Virus record (IMG/VR): IMGVR_UViG_2773857985_000001
Location: 1-64,000 of that record
Source of the DNA: a virus
Lineage: Duplodnaviria > Caudoviricetes
Length of the DNA stretch: 64,000 nucleotides
Reading direction: 5' to 3' (one strand)
The translations under genes and the position numbers were made by a program. Every line of letters starts with the position of its first letter. Position 1 is the stretch's first letter. The notes below the pieces were generated by a model, which made no database searches, was not told the DNA's origin, and saw only the letters and a list, made by a program, of their open reading frames with translations. Of this stretch, positions 45,958-55,209 are shown piece by piece.

Positions 45958-48213
45958 TCACAGCAGGTGGCGGAGCCGATCACGCTTGAAGCCGCGCGGA
46001 TTCTTCTCCTCGCCGATCGGACCCAGCGTGATCGGCGACCCAGCACCCGCCTGCTTCATCAGGGCCTTGAACGCGACGGCATCCATGTCGCCGTAGGCAT
46101 CCGGGTCGTACTCCTGCAGCGCGGCAAGAAGCGGCTCGGTGATCATCCGGTCGACGTCCGCCTTCTCCATCACGTCGACCGCATCCTCGACCGCAGCCCG
46201 TGCCGGCCCGTCCGTCAGCTCCGAGCCGGCGGGCGGCTCTGCGTCGCACAGGCGCAGCAGTTGCTCCCAGGTGAGAAGCTTGACGGGCGCCGGCTTCTTG
46301 ATCTGGTCGTCCTTGTCGTACTCGGGCTCGCAGTACTCGGGGAGGTCGACGTTCTTCATCGCGTCGAGGCTGTCCTGGTCGGGCTCGACCAGGCCGGCGT
46401 CGCACCTCTCCTGCGCCAGCTTGCGCAGCGTGGCGGAGGGCGTCTCGTGGACGGCGTACTCGATCGGCTCGTCCGGTCGGCCGGGCACGCCCTGGATGTA
46501 GACGTGGCCAGCGTCCTTAGGGTCGGTGTCGGTGGCGGGAGACAGCTTGTGTGGCATCCAGCCCTCGGCGACTGCCCCGTCTCCGAAGACGGCGCGGGTG
46601 TCGCCGACCTTGCAGGGCCCGACCGCCTTGAAGGCGATCATCTGGGCGATGTTCTCGCCGAGGTACAGCTTGGTGCCGCCCTGCGAAGCGATGATCAGCG
46701 TGACGGCCTCCTTGCGGCCGACCAGCAGCAGATCGAAGGCCAGCTTCTTCGCCAGCTCGGATCCCTTGGGGAACTCGTCGAAGATGATCGTGAAGTGCGG
46801 GTGCTCCTTACTGACCTTCCACTTCTTGCCCATGCCGAGCTTCGCCCGCAGCCGGGCGCGACCCTTGGACAGCATCAGGAAGAACAGCAGGACTGCTTCG
46901 ATCTGCTCGTGGCTGCGCCCGGTGACCCGGACGGCGTCGTGGAGGTCCTCCAGACCGTCGCCGTGGGGGTCGAGGTCGATGGTGATGTTGTCGTAGCAGG
47001 CGGTGGTGATCTCACCGATGGCCTGCAGCAGGCCGGTCTTGCCGCCGCCTGACGCCGCAACGACGAGCCCCATGACCCCAGCGAACGCGGCGTCGAGGGG
47101 TTCGCCGCCCACAGAGGATCCGAGACGGCTCTTGCCCGTGATGGAGATCGACTTGGGGGCGCGATGGGGCAGCCCGGGGGCGGTGGCGAACGGGTCTCCC
47201 TCGACGAGGCGCAGGACCGCGCACGCCCGTCGCTCCAGGATGGGCTGGGGCCGGACACCGTTGGCTTTCAGGTCGAAGCGGGTCTCGAGGTCCCCGCTCT
47301 TCGCGATGATCGCTTCGGGGGTGCCTTCGCCGACGCGGACGACGCACTGCCAGCCCCACGGCTGCCGCTGCACATCGGCGACCTCGACGATCGGCACGTT
47401 CTCGGCGCGGGCGGCGAGGAGGACGCATTCAGCGAGCTGCTGCGGCGTGGACACGTTCCTGAGCGGGAACGGCTTGGCGCCTTCGTCGAGCTGCTCGACG
47501 TTCATGACGACGTGCGATCCGACGCTCATCGCTCCCCCGGCCTGCGTCGGGTCCGCCAGGAACGTGGCGGGCAGGCTGACCGGGGCCTGACCGAAAGGGG
47601 CCCCCACCTCCTTGGCCTCTTCGACGTGCGGGCGGGCCAGGAACCACCAGCCGAAGCCGCCGGCCGGGATCGACAGCAGCAGGAGGGCGGGTTCGGCGGC
47701 GATGCCGTGCAGGTAGCCGTAGCCTCCCGCGAGGACGGCGGCTACGCGGGTGGCCTTCTTCGTCCAGCGGGCACGGTCCAGTTCCCGGTTGGTGGGCGGC
47801 ATGACGGCGACCGCGGGTCCTTCCGCAGCGCGGGTTTCGACGCGGGCCTGGAGCGCGGCGAGCTCGCCCTTGAGCCGCTCGATCTGGGGGCTGGTCTCCT
47901 CGCCCTGCCGGGCGGCGTCGATGCGGGCCTGTGCGAGGCGGCTGTTGACTCGGCCGACCTGGCGCAGGAGTTCGTCATCTTGGCGCTGCGCCTGGCGACG
48001 CTTGCTGTCGACGACCTGTTCGGCGAGCTTCTGGTCGTCGATGTCGGCGGTGGCGAACCAGCCGGCGAGGCGCTGCCGGACGTTCTGCTTCTGCTCACCG
48101 TAGGCGGCCTTGGCCTGCAGCTTCACGGTGTCAATCCGCCGCTTACGGGGGATGGTGGGCGGGTTGACGGGCATGGGCGGGATCTGCTCGAAGGGTTCGG
48201 TCTCGGTGGCCAC
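45958..48213 (-). CDS. traB: FtsK/SpoIIIE-family TraB-like conjugative DNA translocase
   Basis: N-terminal TM pair, AASGGGKT Walker A, IIFDE Walker B, GRK, ASQ, C-terminal wHTH-like region ending NPRGFKRD. Confidence 0.8.
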   Translation of the reverse strand: MATETEPFEQIPPMPVNPPTIPRKRRIDTVKLQAKAAYGEQKQNVRQRLAGWFATADIDDQKLAEQVVDSKRRQAQRQDDELLRQVGRVNSRLAQARIDAARQGEETSPQIERLKGELAALQARVETRAAEGPAVAVMPPTNRELDRARWTKKATRVAAVLAGGYGYLHGIAAEPALLLLSIPAGGFGWWFLARPHVEEAKEVGAPFGQAPVSLPATFLADPTQAGGAMSVGSHVVMNVEQLDEGAKPFPLRNVSTPQQLAECVLLAARAENVPIVEVADVQRQPWGWQCVVRVGEGTPEAIIAKSGDLETRFDLKANGVRPQPILERRACAVLRLVEGDPFATAPGLPHRAPKSISITGKSRLGSSVGGEPLDAAFAGVMGLVVAASGGGKTGLLQAIGEITTACYDNITIDLDPHGDGLEDLHDAVRVTGRSHEQIEAVLLFFLMLSKGRARLRAKLGMGKKWKVSKEHPHFTIIFDEFPKGSELAKKLAFDLLLVGRKEAVTLIIASQGGTKLYLGENIAQMIAFKAVGPCKVGDTRAVFGDGAVAEGWMPHKLSPATDTDPKDAGHVYIQGVPGRPDEPIEYAVHETPSATLRKLAQERCDAGLVEPDQDSLDAMKNVDLPEYCEPEYDKDDQIKKPAPVKLLTWEQLLRLCDAEPPAGSELTDGPARAAVEDAVDVMEKADVDRMITEPLLAALQEYDPDAYGDMDAVAFKALMKQAGAGSPITLGPIGEEKNPRGFKRDRLRHLL

Positions 48214-48272
48214 AAGCTGTCCTTTCCTGGGTCGGGGGCGGGGCCCCGGGTTGGGGCCCCGCCGGGGTGTGG

Positions 48273-48866
48273 TCAGCCGAGGTTGCCGAGCATGGTGCCC
48301 AGCGATCCGACGAGCGAGTTCGTGAGCTGGCTGCCCATGGCGCCGACGACGGTCCCGGACAGGGCGATCCCGAGCAGGCCACCGAGGACCGCGTCGCCAG
48401 CCTTGAGGCCACTGTGCTTGACCTTGACGAACACGATGATCGCCAGGATGAGGATGGTGACGACGCCGACTCCGATGGCGCCTCCGCCGGCCTGGGTCTG
48501 GTACTGCTGCTGGGTTCCGGCGGGCATCTGCTGCTGCGGGTTGACGAGCTGACTGCCGCTGCCGCTGTCGGGGGTGAGGCCGTTGGTGATGCCGTCGCCG
48601 CTGCCGGGCTCGGTGTCCGCCTTGAACCCGGCGACGGTGGCGACGTGCGTGTCGGTGGCGTGGTGGCCGTAGCCGCCCATGCCGGTGATCCGCATCGTCC
48701 GCCCATCGGGCAGGGTGACGGGGGCGGTCACCGCCCGCTCGACCACGTGCTCGGAGACAGCGGCGGAAGCCGGGGCGGGGGCGGCCATCGTGATGGTGGC
48801 GGCGCCGCCGAGGACGGCGACCGCGGCACTGCCCGACACGGCGACACGACGAAGGGTGCTGGTCAT
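48273..48866 (-). CDS. Signal-peptide / two-TM membrane protein, transfer accessory
   Basis: N-terminal signal, C-terminal TM hairpin (KHSGLKAGDAVLG); directly upstream of traB. Confidence 0.65.
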   Translation of the reverse strand: MTSTLRRVAVSGSAAVAVLGGAATITMAAPAPASAAVSEHVVERAVTAPVTLPDGRTMRITGMGGYGHHATDTHVATVAGFKADTEPGSGDGITNGLTPDSGSGSQLVNPQQQMPAGTQQQYQTQAGGGAIGVGVVTILILAIIVFVKVKHSGLKAGDAVLGGLLGIALSGTVVGAMGSQLTNSLVGSLGTMLGNLG

Positions 48867-48889
48867 TTCGATCTTCTCCAGGAGGTGGG

Positions 48890-50266
48890 TTAGTTGGCGT
48901 TCGGGCGAGTGCTCTTGACTGAGTTCTGAGCTGTGATGGCGGCCTGCTTCCGGGCGGCTCCGACGTACCTCGGGGTGTCGCCAGGACGGCGTGTCGCGCG
49001 CGTCTTCAGGACCCGATTCGGACCGGGGGGCATTTGAGCAGCACGCTGCGCGTTTGTGGTCTTGCTGAGGGTGCTCACGGGGGTGCCAGTGAGGGCTGAC
49101 TGGACGCGCTTCTCGGCCTTGCTGCGGGCGGTGATGGACTCGATGGACTCGCCCGGCTCGCAGCCCTGAATGTTCCGGTAGGCGCGCGCCCAGACCTTCT
49201 CGGTCACGGTCACTTCGCCGACCGCGGCAGCGATCTTCTCGGCCTCGTCCCACACCTCGGGAAACTCCTCCGCGCGGGCACCGGCAAGGATCTCGGCCGC
49301 CTCCGCCGCAGCCTCTTCGGCGGCCTTCTTCTCGGCGGCCCGCCGCTTCTCCTCCGCGGCCTTCTCGGCGGCGATCCGCTTGGCCTCCTTCTCGGCCGCC
49401 TTCCGCTCTCCGCGGGTGGGCACGCCGTCGCGCTTGCGGATGCGGCCGTGCTCGTGGAGGTCCCACATGCCGGGGCCGGCGACGGATGCGAGGGCGGTGC
49501 CGAACGCGGTGGCTGCGTCGAACGCGCCGAGGCCGTGGACGGCGTTGATGGTGGCGGCGGTGAGGGCGCCGGCCCAGGCGACGAGCCGGTAGTGCCACTG
49601 CGGGCGGCCGTCGGTGACGGCGGCTGCGGCGCCGACGAGAGCGACGAGGGCGATGACCTCGATGAAGATCGGGGCGACGAGGAGGTACTTGGCGTTCGGG
49701 TCCCAGAACGCGGCCATCTGCACGGGCAGGGCGACGGTGGCGCACAGGGCGTAGAAGCCGAGGGCGACGCGGCGCCACCGCTTGCTGGACTTGGCGACGA
49801 CCGCCGCCTTGTCGGTCTCTGTCTGCTGCTGCTCGGCGTCCTCGCGGGCGGCGCGCTCGCGGGCCCGGTCGGCGTCGTCGCGGCGCCGCTGGTGTTCGGC
49901 GATCCGCGCCTCCGAGGCGGCCTGCTCCTCGGCGGCTTTGCGTTCGGCACGGTCGTTGGCGAGGCGGGCCTTGCGGGCGTCCTCCTCCGCCTTGGCGCGG
50001 ATGGCTTCGGCTTCGGCCTCGGCCTTGATCCGCCGCTCTTCCTTGGCGGCTTCGGCGGCGACGCGCCGTTCCTCAGCCTCGGCCCACGCCCTGGCGCGCG
50101 CTACCTCAACGTCGGCGGCTGTGGGCTCGGGGTTGGCCGGCTCGGGTTCGGGGTTGCGCTGCTCCTCGGCGGGCTCCGGCTCTGTGGCGACGGGCTGCCA
50201 GTCCCCCAGTACTTGCAGGGCCGGCGGCCGGGCGTGGCCGTTCACCTTCGGCGGGCTGGCAGTCAT
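48890..50266 (-). CDS. Coiled-coil plus four-TM protein, Spd/DUF2637-like spread protein
   Basis: Long EA-rich coiled coil, four TMs, AINAVHG and WDLHEH motifs. Confidence 0.7.
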   Translation of the reverse strand: MTASPPKVNGHARPPALQVLGDWQPVATEPEPAEEQRNPEPEPANPEPTAADVEVARARAWAEAEERRVAAEAAKEERRIKAEAEAEAIRAKAEEDARKARLANDRAERKAAEEQAASEARIAEHQRRRDDADRARERAAREDAEQQQTETDKAAVVAKSSKRWRRVALGFYALCATVALPVQMAAFWDPNAKYLLVAPIFIEVIALVALVGAAAAVTDGRPQWHYRLVAWAGALTAATINAVHGLGAFDAATAFGTALASVAGPGMWDLHEHGRIRKRDGVPTRGERKAAEKEAKRIAAEKAAEEKRRAAEKKAAEEAAAEAAEILAGARAEEFPEVWDEAEKIAAAVGEVTVTEKVWARAYRNIQGCEPGESIESITARSKAEKRVQSALTGTPVSTLSKTTNAQRAAQMPPGPNRVLKTRATRRPGDTPRYVGAARKQAAITAQNSVKSTRPNAN

Positions 50267-50286
50267 GACGGTCGAAGTCCTTTCGA

Positions 50287-50484
50287 TCAGCGGGGGTTGC
50301 GGCGGCGGGTGGAGCGGTAGCCGAACGGGCCGGGCAGGTCATAGCTGGTGGTGGTCTGGCCGGTGTTGGACCAGGTGCGCTTGGGCCCGCCCCGGGGTCC
50401 GACGGTGATCGACCAGGACCGGCGGTTCAGGTTGATGCGAACCCCGGGCAGGATCCGGAAGCTCTTACGGAACGTGACCGGCAC
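50287..50484 (-). CDS. DUF4236-like protein
   Basis: FRKSFRILPGVRINL..S.S.TVG..LPGPFGYR. Confidence 0.75.
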   Translation of the reverse strand: MPVTFRKSFRILPGVRINLNRRSWSITVGPRGGPKRTWSNTGQTTTSYDLPGPFGYRSTRRRNPR

Positions 50485-50489
50485 AGCGA

Positions 50490-50693
50490 TCACGCCTCCC
50501 GCTTGACGGGCGCGCAGTCCGGGCAGTTCGGGTCGTCGCAGAGGGTGATACGTCCGCAGCCGATGGCCTCGGACACCCGGTTGGCGGCCCGGCTGCCGCG
50601 CTCCCCGGCCACGGTGAGGCCGATCTGCTGCAGCCGACGCGCGATCCCCTCGCGCGGGTCCATCTGGTTGGTCTTCTTGGTCTTCTTGGGCAT
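50490..50693 (-). CDS. Small Cys-containing protein
   Basis: CDDPNCPDC. Confidence 0.5.
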   Translation of the reverse strand: MPKKTKKTNQMDPREGIARRLQQIGLTVAGERGSRAANRVSEAIGCGRITLCDDPNCPDCAPVKREA

Positions 50694-50971
50694 GTGATGC
50701 CTCTCGGATCGGTGATCGGATGCTGGTGCGTGCCCTGGGCCCGATTCGCTCGGGCACCGTCGCGGCTTGGCCGGGGCTGGGGTGCCGGGGCGCGGTGAGG
50801 GTTTCCGCGCCCCGGCGGTCTAGGACTGCTTTCGGCATCCGCAACGGCACGGCAAGCAGCAGCAGGTGGCTGGAGGCTTCTCGGCTTCCGTCTCGGCCAG
50901 CGCCCTCCGGGCGATCCCGGTCGCCACGAACAGGGCGCCGACGATGGCGATCGCTACCGGCAGGGCACCCA

Positions 50972-51190
50972 TCAGGTGGCCCCGGCGATGAGGTGGCTCG
51001 CCTGCCGAGCGGATTCCACGAACTGGATGCTCATCCACCGCTGGTCGACTCCGGGCCCGGTGAGGTACCAACCGTCGATACCGTCGATGACGGTGTAGTC
51101 GAGGCACCAGCCGGTGCCGGTCTCCCAGCGGGTCCCGGCGGAGGTGGTCGACCAGGTGATGCCGTTGATGGTCTGCCAGGCTTCGGTCAT
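50972..51190 (-). CDS. Hypothetical Trp-rich protein
   Basis: GGAAGG SD. Confidence 0.55.
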   Translation of the reverse strand: MTEAWQTINGITWSTTSAGTRWETGTGWCLDYTVIDGIDGWYLTGPGVDQRWMSIQFVESARQASHLIAGAT

Positions 51191-51206
51191 CGCACTTCCT
51201 TCCGGG

Positions 51207-51437
51207 TCAGGCGGCGGCGGGCTCGTTGAATCCGTCGAGTTCGGCGAGCAGGTCGGGGTCGGCGGCGAGCCGGATCGTCGCCACCCGCGCCCGGTCACCG
51301 CGCGCCACGGCGGCGGCGTAGTCGGCGAACAGGTCCGAGATCGACATGACGTGCAGGTCGGCCACGAGGGTGACGGCGCGGAGCCGGCTGCCGGTCGCGG
51401 TGTGGGCGTCGTCGGCAGAAGACAGGTACGGAGACAT
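51207..51437 (-). CDS. Hypothetical protein
   Basis: GAGGG SD. Confidence 0.55.
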   Translation of the reverse strand: MSPYLSSADDAHTATGSRLRAVTLVADLHVMSISDLFADYAAAVARGDRARVATIRLAADPDLLAELDGFNEPAAA

Positions 51438-51480
51438 AGCGGTGGCCCTCTCAGGGTCGGTAGTGCGGGGGTGGGGTGGG

Positions 51481-51684
51481 TTACAGCTGGTCGGGCTGCA
51501 GGTCGAAGAAGAGGACCGCGGCGGCCCCGTAGTGCTGGGCCTGCTGCCCGTACAGGCGCCGGAACACCTCGTGACGGGAGGCCCCGGCGGGCAGAGTGAT
51601 GACGCCGGTGTCGCCGACGGTGCCGCGGTCGGTCTGCAGGGTCAGGACCCAATGCCAGTCGGTGGTCTGGTCGGAAGCGGACAT
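51481..51684 (-). CDS. Hypothetical protein
   Basis: GAGGAG SD; HWVLTLQ..VLFFDLQP. Confidence 0.6.
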   Translation of the reverse strand: MSASDQTTDWHWVLTLQTDRGTVGDTGVITLPAGASRHEVFRRLYGQQAQHYGAAAVLFFDLQPDQL

Positions 51685-52083
51685 GCCTGAACTCCTCGGC
51701 GTGCAGTGGGGTGGGATTGGGGGCCGCGAGGGCGGGACGGGGGTGAACACCGCCCCCGCGGCGGAACCGGGTTGCTACTTGGGCCGGTTGGAGGACTGCC
51801 GGTTGGCTTCCTTCACCTTCTGGCGCATCGCTTCACGCTCGGCATCCGTCACGGGGTCACCCCCTGCGGGTGCGGGCGCGGCGGGTGGATCGGCAGCGGC
51901 TCCTTCGCCCTCTCGTGCTCGTCGCTCACGACTCGGCCCTCACGACGAGCAGCCGGTCGGACGACAGATCCATGACCACCGTCGCCGGGGTACCGGAGGC
52001 GGTCAGCTCGGCGGCCTTCTCCTCCGCCGGCCACGACCCACGCGGGTTTCCCGCCGGGAAGTCCGCCAGGATCTCGCGGGCGC

Positions 52084-52290
52084 TCACGACGCCTCCACCA
52101 GGTGCAGCATTCCCGTGGCAGTCAAGGCGCGGACCGTGTCGGCCATCGTGTCCTGCACCAGGGCCAGACTCTCAAACTCGGCGCCCGTCATCGGGCGGTC
52201 CAGCGTGGTCAGCTCCCGGTAGCGGGCGGCGGCCACCTCGTAGCGGGTGACGGCGCGCTGCACATCCCGGGTGATCACGGAGGCCATCAC
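52084..52290 (-). CDS. Small helical protein
   Basis: Coupling; resembles 52287-52580. Confidence 0.6.
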   Translation of the reverse strand: MMASVITRDVQRAVTRYEVAAARYRELTTLDRPMTGAEFESLALVQDTMADTVRALTATGMLHLVEAS

Positions 52291-52580
52291 GCACCGCCGA
52301 TCAGCTTGAGCTGGCCGGCCTTGGCGAGAACCGACCGCGCGGCGGCCATGACGTCCTCGGCGTCGGCCAGTGACCGGGCCTGCAGGTCGGTCATCCGACC
52401 GGACGCGGCGACACCCGCCAGCTGCGCGGCATGCTCGGCGGCCGTCTCGTACTCGGCGACCGCCTGAACCAGCGGGAAGTGCGGCAGGGCCTTGGCCAGC
52501 GCGGCGGCGGCCTTCGGCGACAGCGGGGCGGTACCCATGTTCTCGGCGCGCTCGGGCGCCGGTACGATCTGCGTAGCCAC
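52287..52580 (-). CDS. Small helical protein
   Basis: AAGGAG SD; first gene after a promoter. Confidence 0.65.
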   Translation of the reverse strand: MATQIVPAPERAENMGTAPLSPKAAAALAKALPHFPLVQAVAEYETAAEHAAQLAGVAASGRMTDLQARSLADAEDVMAAARSVLAKAGQLKLIGGA

Positions 52581-52715
52581 AGGGTCTCCTTCACAGAACC
52601 TGGTGGTTAGGGCCGGTGCGTGCGCGATGTAGGAGTCGCAAGCGCCCGGCCCGTCTTGTGTTGTGTGCCGTCCGCGGACTGGGTCCGGTAGGAGTGGACG
52701 ACAAGCACCAGCCTG

Positions 52716-52776
52716 CTCAAGCCGCGACTTGAGGGCCGATGTGAAAGACCGTAGAGGGCCCGCCGGGGCGAGTCAA
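52716..52776 (-). promoter_or_regulatory. HrdB-like promoter with downstream palindromic operator, driving the transfer operon
   Basis: TTGACT-N17-TACGGT (52776-52748); CTCAAG-N6-CTTGAG at 52716-52733. Confidence 0.7.
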
Positions 52777-52840
52777 GCACCCAACGAAAGTTCTCCATAC
52801 GAGCCTTGAGGACCCGTCGGATCACCCGTACCCTCACGTC

Positions 52841-53095
52841 ATGGCCGACTCCCCCGACACCCCATTCGCCCCCTACGACGAGCAACTGCGCGCGATCACA
52901 GACCTCCCCGAACGGTGGAAGGCCTACGTCGACCGGGCGAAGTACCTGGAGCGGGAACTGGAGTCGTTCCGCAAACGCCAACGCCAGGAGATCGCCACCG
53001 GACTCAAGGCGCAGGGCAAGACGTGGAAGGAAGTCGGAGAAATCATGGGGGGCGTCACGTACCAACGCGCCCACCAATTCGGCAGAAGCGAATGA
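52841..53095 (+). CDS. Small HTH repressor-like protein, leaderless
   Basis: KTWKEVGEIMGGVTYQRAHQ HTH; TTGAGG-N17-TACCCT ends 6 nt before ATG. Confidence 0.8.
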   Translation: MADSPDTPFAPYDEQLRAITDLPERWKAYVDRAKYLERELESFRKRQRQEIATGLKAQGKTWKEVGEIMGGVTYQRAHQFGRSE

Positions 53096-53104
53096 CCGGA
53101 TCTT

Positions 53105-53201
53105 CATGAAGCCAAGTCTCCGCGCGCGGACACACCCACACCATGAAGATCCCATGCAGCACCATGCAGTGACCTGAAGCGGAACATGCAGCCACATGCA
53201 G
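53105..53201 (+). repeat. Helically phased CATG(C/A)AG heptamer array
   Basis: Copies at 53105, 53142, 53153, 53163, 53173 (variant), 53185, 53195. Confidence 0.7.
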
Positions 53202-53244
53202 AACCGCCACACGAGGGCCCACAAACGCGGCCAAGGAGCCGATA

Positions 53245-53883
53245 GTGGCAGACGTCCACCAGTGGACCGGGGAGAAAGCCGCCCGGCTCCAAGACGCATT
53301 CGAAATGACCCAGGAAGAGTTCGCCGGAAAGCTCGGCGTCTCGGTACGCAGCGTCGCCTCATGGCGCGCCAACCCGAGCATGGTGCCGCAGCCGGAAACG
53401 CAACGCATCCTGGACACGACCTTGGGATTGGCAGGTGATGCGGTGCGCCGGCGGTTCATTCACCTGGCGCGGGCAGCGGCTCCCCAGCCGGCAGCGCAGG
53501 CGTTGCGGGTGGCGATCGCCGTCGTCCGCCGCGGCGGCAACGTGCTGCTCGTGTGCAGGCAGGACGGCGACGACATCACCTGGCAATTCCCGGCCGGAAT
53601 CGTCAAGCCCGGCGGGAACGCGCCGAAAGTGGCGGTGCGGGAAACGCTGGACGAGACCGGCGTCCACTGCATGGTCCGCGAACACCTGGGCGAACGCCTG
53701 CATCCGGTGACGCGCGCATTCTGCGACTACTTCATTTGCGACTACGTGCACGGTGAGGCAGTCAATGGGGATGCCTCCGAGAACGTTGCCGTGGCTTGGG
53801 CTCCGATAGCGGGGCTCTCTCGTTTCATCCCCACCGACCGGATCTATCCGCCGATCTTGACCGCCTTGGAGGCGACCGTATGA
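53245..53883 (+). CDS. XRE-HTH plus Nudix hydrolase fusion
   Basis: MTQEEFAGKLGVSVRSVASW HTH; WQFPAG..AVRETLDETGV Nudix box. Confidence 0.9.
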   Translation: MADVHQWTGEKAARLQDAFEMTQEEFAGKLGVSVRSVASWRANPSMVPQPETQRILDTTLGLAGDAVRRRFIHLARAAAPQPAAQALRVAIAVVRRGGNVLLVCRQDGDDITWQFPAGIVKPGGNAPKVAVRETLDETGVHCMVREHLGERLHPVTRAFCDYFICDYVHGEAVNGDASENVAVAWAPIAGLSRFIPTDRIYPPILTALEATV

Positions 53884-54290
53884 CCGAGACCATCACCGAC
53901 AAGCCGGGCATTTCTGCCGCGATCATCGTCCGGGACGGCCGGGTGCTGATGGTGCGCCGCGCCGTGAAGGAGGGCGAGCTGATGTGGCAGTTCCCCGCGG
54001 GTGGCATCGAGGCCGGCGAGTCGCCGGAGGAGGCGGCGGTGCGGGAGACGCTGGAGGAGACGGCGCTCACGGTGAAGGCGGTGCGGCTGCTGGGGCAGCG
54101 GGTGCATCCGAAGACGGGCCGGGAGATGTCGTACACGGCGTGCGATGTCGTGGATGGCGAGGCTCGGGTGGCGGACGACGAGGAGCTGGACGCGGTCGCC
54201 TGGGTCACCCATGGCGAGATCGCCGACTACGTGCCCTACGGCCTGTTCGAGCCCGTCCAGGAGTACCTGGATGACGTCCTGCCGCACTGA
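53880..54290 (+). CDS. Nudix hydrolase
   Basis: WQFPAGGIEAGESPEEAAVRETLEETAL; ATGA coupling. Confidence 0.92.
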   Translation: MTETITDKPGISAAIIVRDGRVLMVRRAVKEGELMWQFPAGGIEAGESPEEAAVRETLEETALTVKAVRLLGQRVHPKTGREMSYTACDVVDGEARVADDEELDAVAWVTHGEIADYVPYGLFEPVQEYLDDVLPH

Positions 54291-54474
54291 GCTGCCACGA
54301 TCACAAGTTGCACGGCGCTAAGTGAGGGTTCCGCTTGAACTGATCACTCACGGCAGGGGAGTCTTTCCCCCGGGGACGCGAAAGGCCGGGCGGTCATCAC
54401 CCGCCCGGCCATTTCGACCAGCGAGTTCACGGCTCGCTGACCACCAACCCACCCACCTCAGGAAGGCAAGTTGC

Positions 54475-54771
54475 ATGGCGACAGTAACGCCTCCATCTAA
54501 TTCATTCAACGCGGAACTCATCCGCACCCGACTCCTGCATGATCCACTCTCTGACCTGTTCGCCGAGTATGGCGTGGAGGTGGTGGAGTTGGAGGCGGAC
54601 TCGGGGTTCACGGGCGGCTCCTTCGTCCGCGGGGATGATTCCGTGCTGTTCGTGCGTCCGGCGGGCAGGCCGGTCGTCGAGTGGGAGATCACGGCGCGCG
54701 CCTTGTTGGGCCGGGTGTTGCGGGTGCCGTTGCCGCCGATGCCGGAGCCGTTCGAAGTGACTGAGGTGTAG
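54475..54771 (+). CDS. Hypothetical protein
   Basis: GGAAGG SD; codon bias. Confidence 0.55.
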   Translation: MATVTPPSNSFNAELIRTRLLHDPLSDLFAEYGVEVVELEADSGFTGGSFVRGDDSVLFVRPAGRPVVEWEITARALLGRVLRVPLPPMPEPFEVTEV

Positions 54772-54984
54772 GCGGCGCGGCGCGTCGTGGGCCCCGGTTG
54801 GCGTAGTGCGGCCGGGGTTCACTCGTGTGCCTGGATTGACGCTGTCACCTGCGGGTCTGGTGGTGGTCTTGCGGGTATGGACTGGGTGGGCTTCACTCGG
54901 TCGGATGTTGTTTGTGCGGGGCGCGCGGACGGCTGTCGGTGGGTGCTGCTTGACTGGCGGTCAGCTACGAGTTGGGGGTTCGCA

Positions 54985-55209
54985 ATGACGACGGTGATCC
55001 ATAAGACGCCGCAGGAGTTACGCGAGCAGAGGAGCAGCCTGCTGGCCGAGGTCCGCATGTCCTACGAGCAGTTGCGGGACCGGGCTGAGATGTACAGCTT
55101 GTCGATGGATGAGCTGGACGTGTGGCACACCATCGAGGGCATCGACTACCTTCTCGACGGTGACCGAGGAGACGTCGAGGCTCGACAAGTTAGCGGCCGA
55201 GTTCGCTGA
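54985..55209 (+). CDS. Small acidic helical protein, putative antitoxin
   Basis: ELREQR..L..SYEQLRDRA..IDYLL; overlaps the next gene. Confidence 0.6.
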   Translation: MTTVIHKTPQELREQRSSLLAEVRMSYEQLRDRAEMYSLSMDELDVWHTIEGIDYLLDGDRGDVEARQVSGRVR

